Shown one piece after another: positions 63,435 to 64,000 of a DNA stretch of 64,000 nt. The stretch comes from Candidatus Woesearchaeota archaeon (GTDB taxonomy: Archaea; Nanobdellota; Nanobdellia; Pacearchaeales; GW2011-AR1), in the NCBI GenBank assembly GCA_964448605.1, contig CAYUZV010000002.1:39804-103803 (forward strand), in the 5' to 3' direction. A model generated the notes under the pieces. The model searched no databases and was not told the origin of the DNA. It saw only the letters and a list, made by a program, of their open reading frames with translations. Numbering within the stretch: the stretch's first letter is position 1; each line of letters begins with the position of its first letter. The translations under genes were made by a program, and so were the position numbers.

Positions 63435-64000
63435 ATGAAAAAAGTGATGATTATGTTTTTAATTTTTGGAATGGTTTTTATGGTTTCTGGTATTCCTAAT
63501 CCTGCTCCGATTTATTGTGAGAATATGGGTTATACATATAATGATACTGATTGTATTTTTGATGATGGTTCATTTTGTGAGTTATGGAGTTTTTATAATG
63601 GAGATTGTGGAAGTGATAAAGTTGATGAATTGGATTGTCTTGAAAAGGGTGAGGGAATGTCTCCTGGTTATGAATGTTGTGAAGGACTTGTGAGTAAGAA
63701 TCCTAAGACACTTGTGATAGATGGTGTTTGTGATCAGATTGCTGGAAGTTTTGGAATATGTATTGCTTGTGGTGATGGGGTTTGTGAAGAGGAGTATGAG
63801 AATATTTGTAATTGTCCAGAGGATTGTTCTGAATCAGAAGATGGTGATTCTGAAGTATCTGGTCAAAAAAAAGAGGATGGAAGTGAGGATAATGGGATTG
63901 GTCAAACAATCCGAAACAGAGTTCATTCAGGAGTTTACACAAATGAAAATGGGGAGCAAATTAGAGTGAGTGAGATGGCTCAAAATAGATTTAAATTGGA
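63435..64000 (+). CDS. secreted DUF333-like + Cys-rich protein, runs off the right edge (not in the ORF track)
   Basis: MKKVMIMFLIFGMVFMVSGIPNPAPIYCENMGYTYNDTDCIFDDGSFCELWSFYNGDCG then CxxC-rich modules. The frame is open to base 64000. Confidence 0.55.
   Translation, partial: MKKVMIMFLIFGMVFMVSGIPNPAPIYCENMGYTYNDTDCIFDDGSFCELWSFYNGDCGSDKVDELDCLEKGEGMSPGYECCEGLVSKNPKTLVIDGVCDQIAGSFGICIACGDGVCEEEYENICNCPEDCSESEDGDSEVSGQKKEDGSEDNGIGQTIRNRVHSGVYTNENGEQIRVSEMAQNRFKL

Noticed and set aside
1-64000. Alternative genetic code as the explanation for the in-frame TAA at 18155-18157
   Set aside because: TAA, TAG and TGA all terminate well-recognised genes here, for example uS2 with TGA, rSAM with TAA and the 9822-10478 gene with TAG. 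Only one in-frame stop was found.

Overview
This is an AT-rich (about 30% GC by eye) archaeal chromosome segment. Its gene content fits a small-genome DPANN-type archaeon: Hjc resolvase, Mre11/Rad50, NAC, archaeal RNase J, RNase P Pop5, Sec61-beta, uS2, GatB, TruB/Cbf5-family synthase and a divergent enolase. Many genes have TTTAAATA-like TATA boxes 20-30 nt upstream of the ATG, suggesting leaderless mRNAs. There are many signal-peptide proteins with C-terminal TM anchors. The flanks (1-20.1 kb and 42.2-64 kb) look like core genome, with tRNA-Glu, Asn, Leu and Lys. The middle (about 20.15-42.2 kb) looks like an accessory island with five parts. (1) A diversity-generating retroelement: the 90-nt TR and VR differ at 15 positions, and every one is an A in TR. 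(2) An iteron-like GGACGAA array with inverted arms. (3) Two tandem tRNA-Val(UAC) genes. (4) Two separate Cys-rich RiPP-like clusters, one radical-SAM/SPASM with methyltransferase, DUF3419-like and kinase genes, the other YcaO plus SagB-type dehydrogenase. (5) About 13 kb of small gene blocks, mostly toxin-antitoxin modules. Nearly every gap between these blocks carries a same-strand repeat that reads like the anticodon-loop-to-3'-end of a tRNA-Val, with no 5' half and no integrase in view. That tRNA-half-punctuated cassette array is my top candidate for something undescribed. All product calls come from motif recognition by eye. No database search, RNA covariance model or folding program was run.
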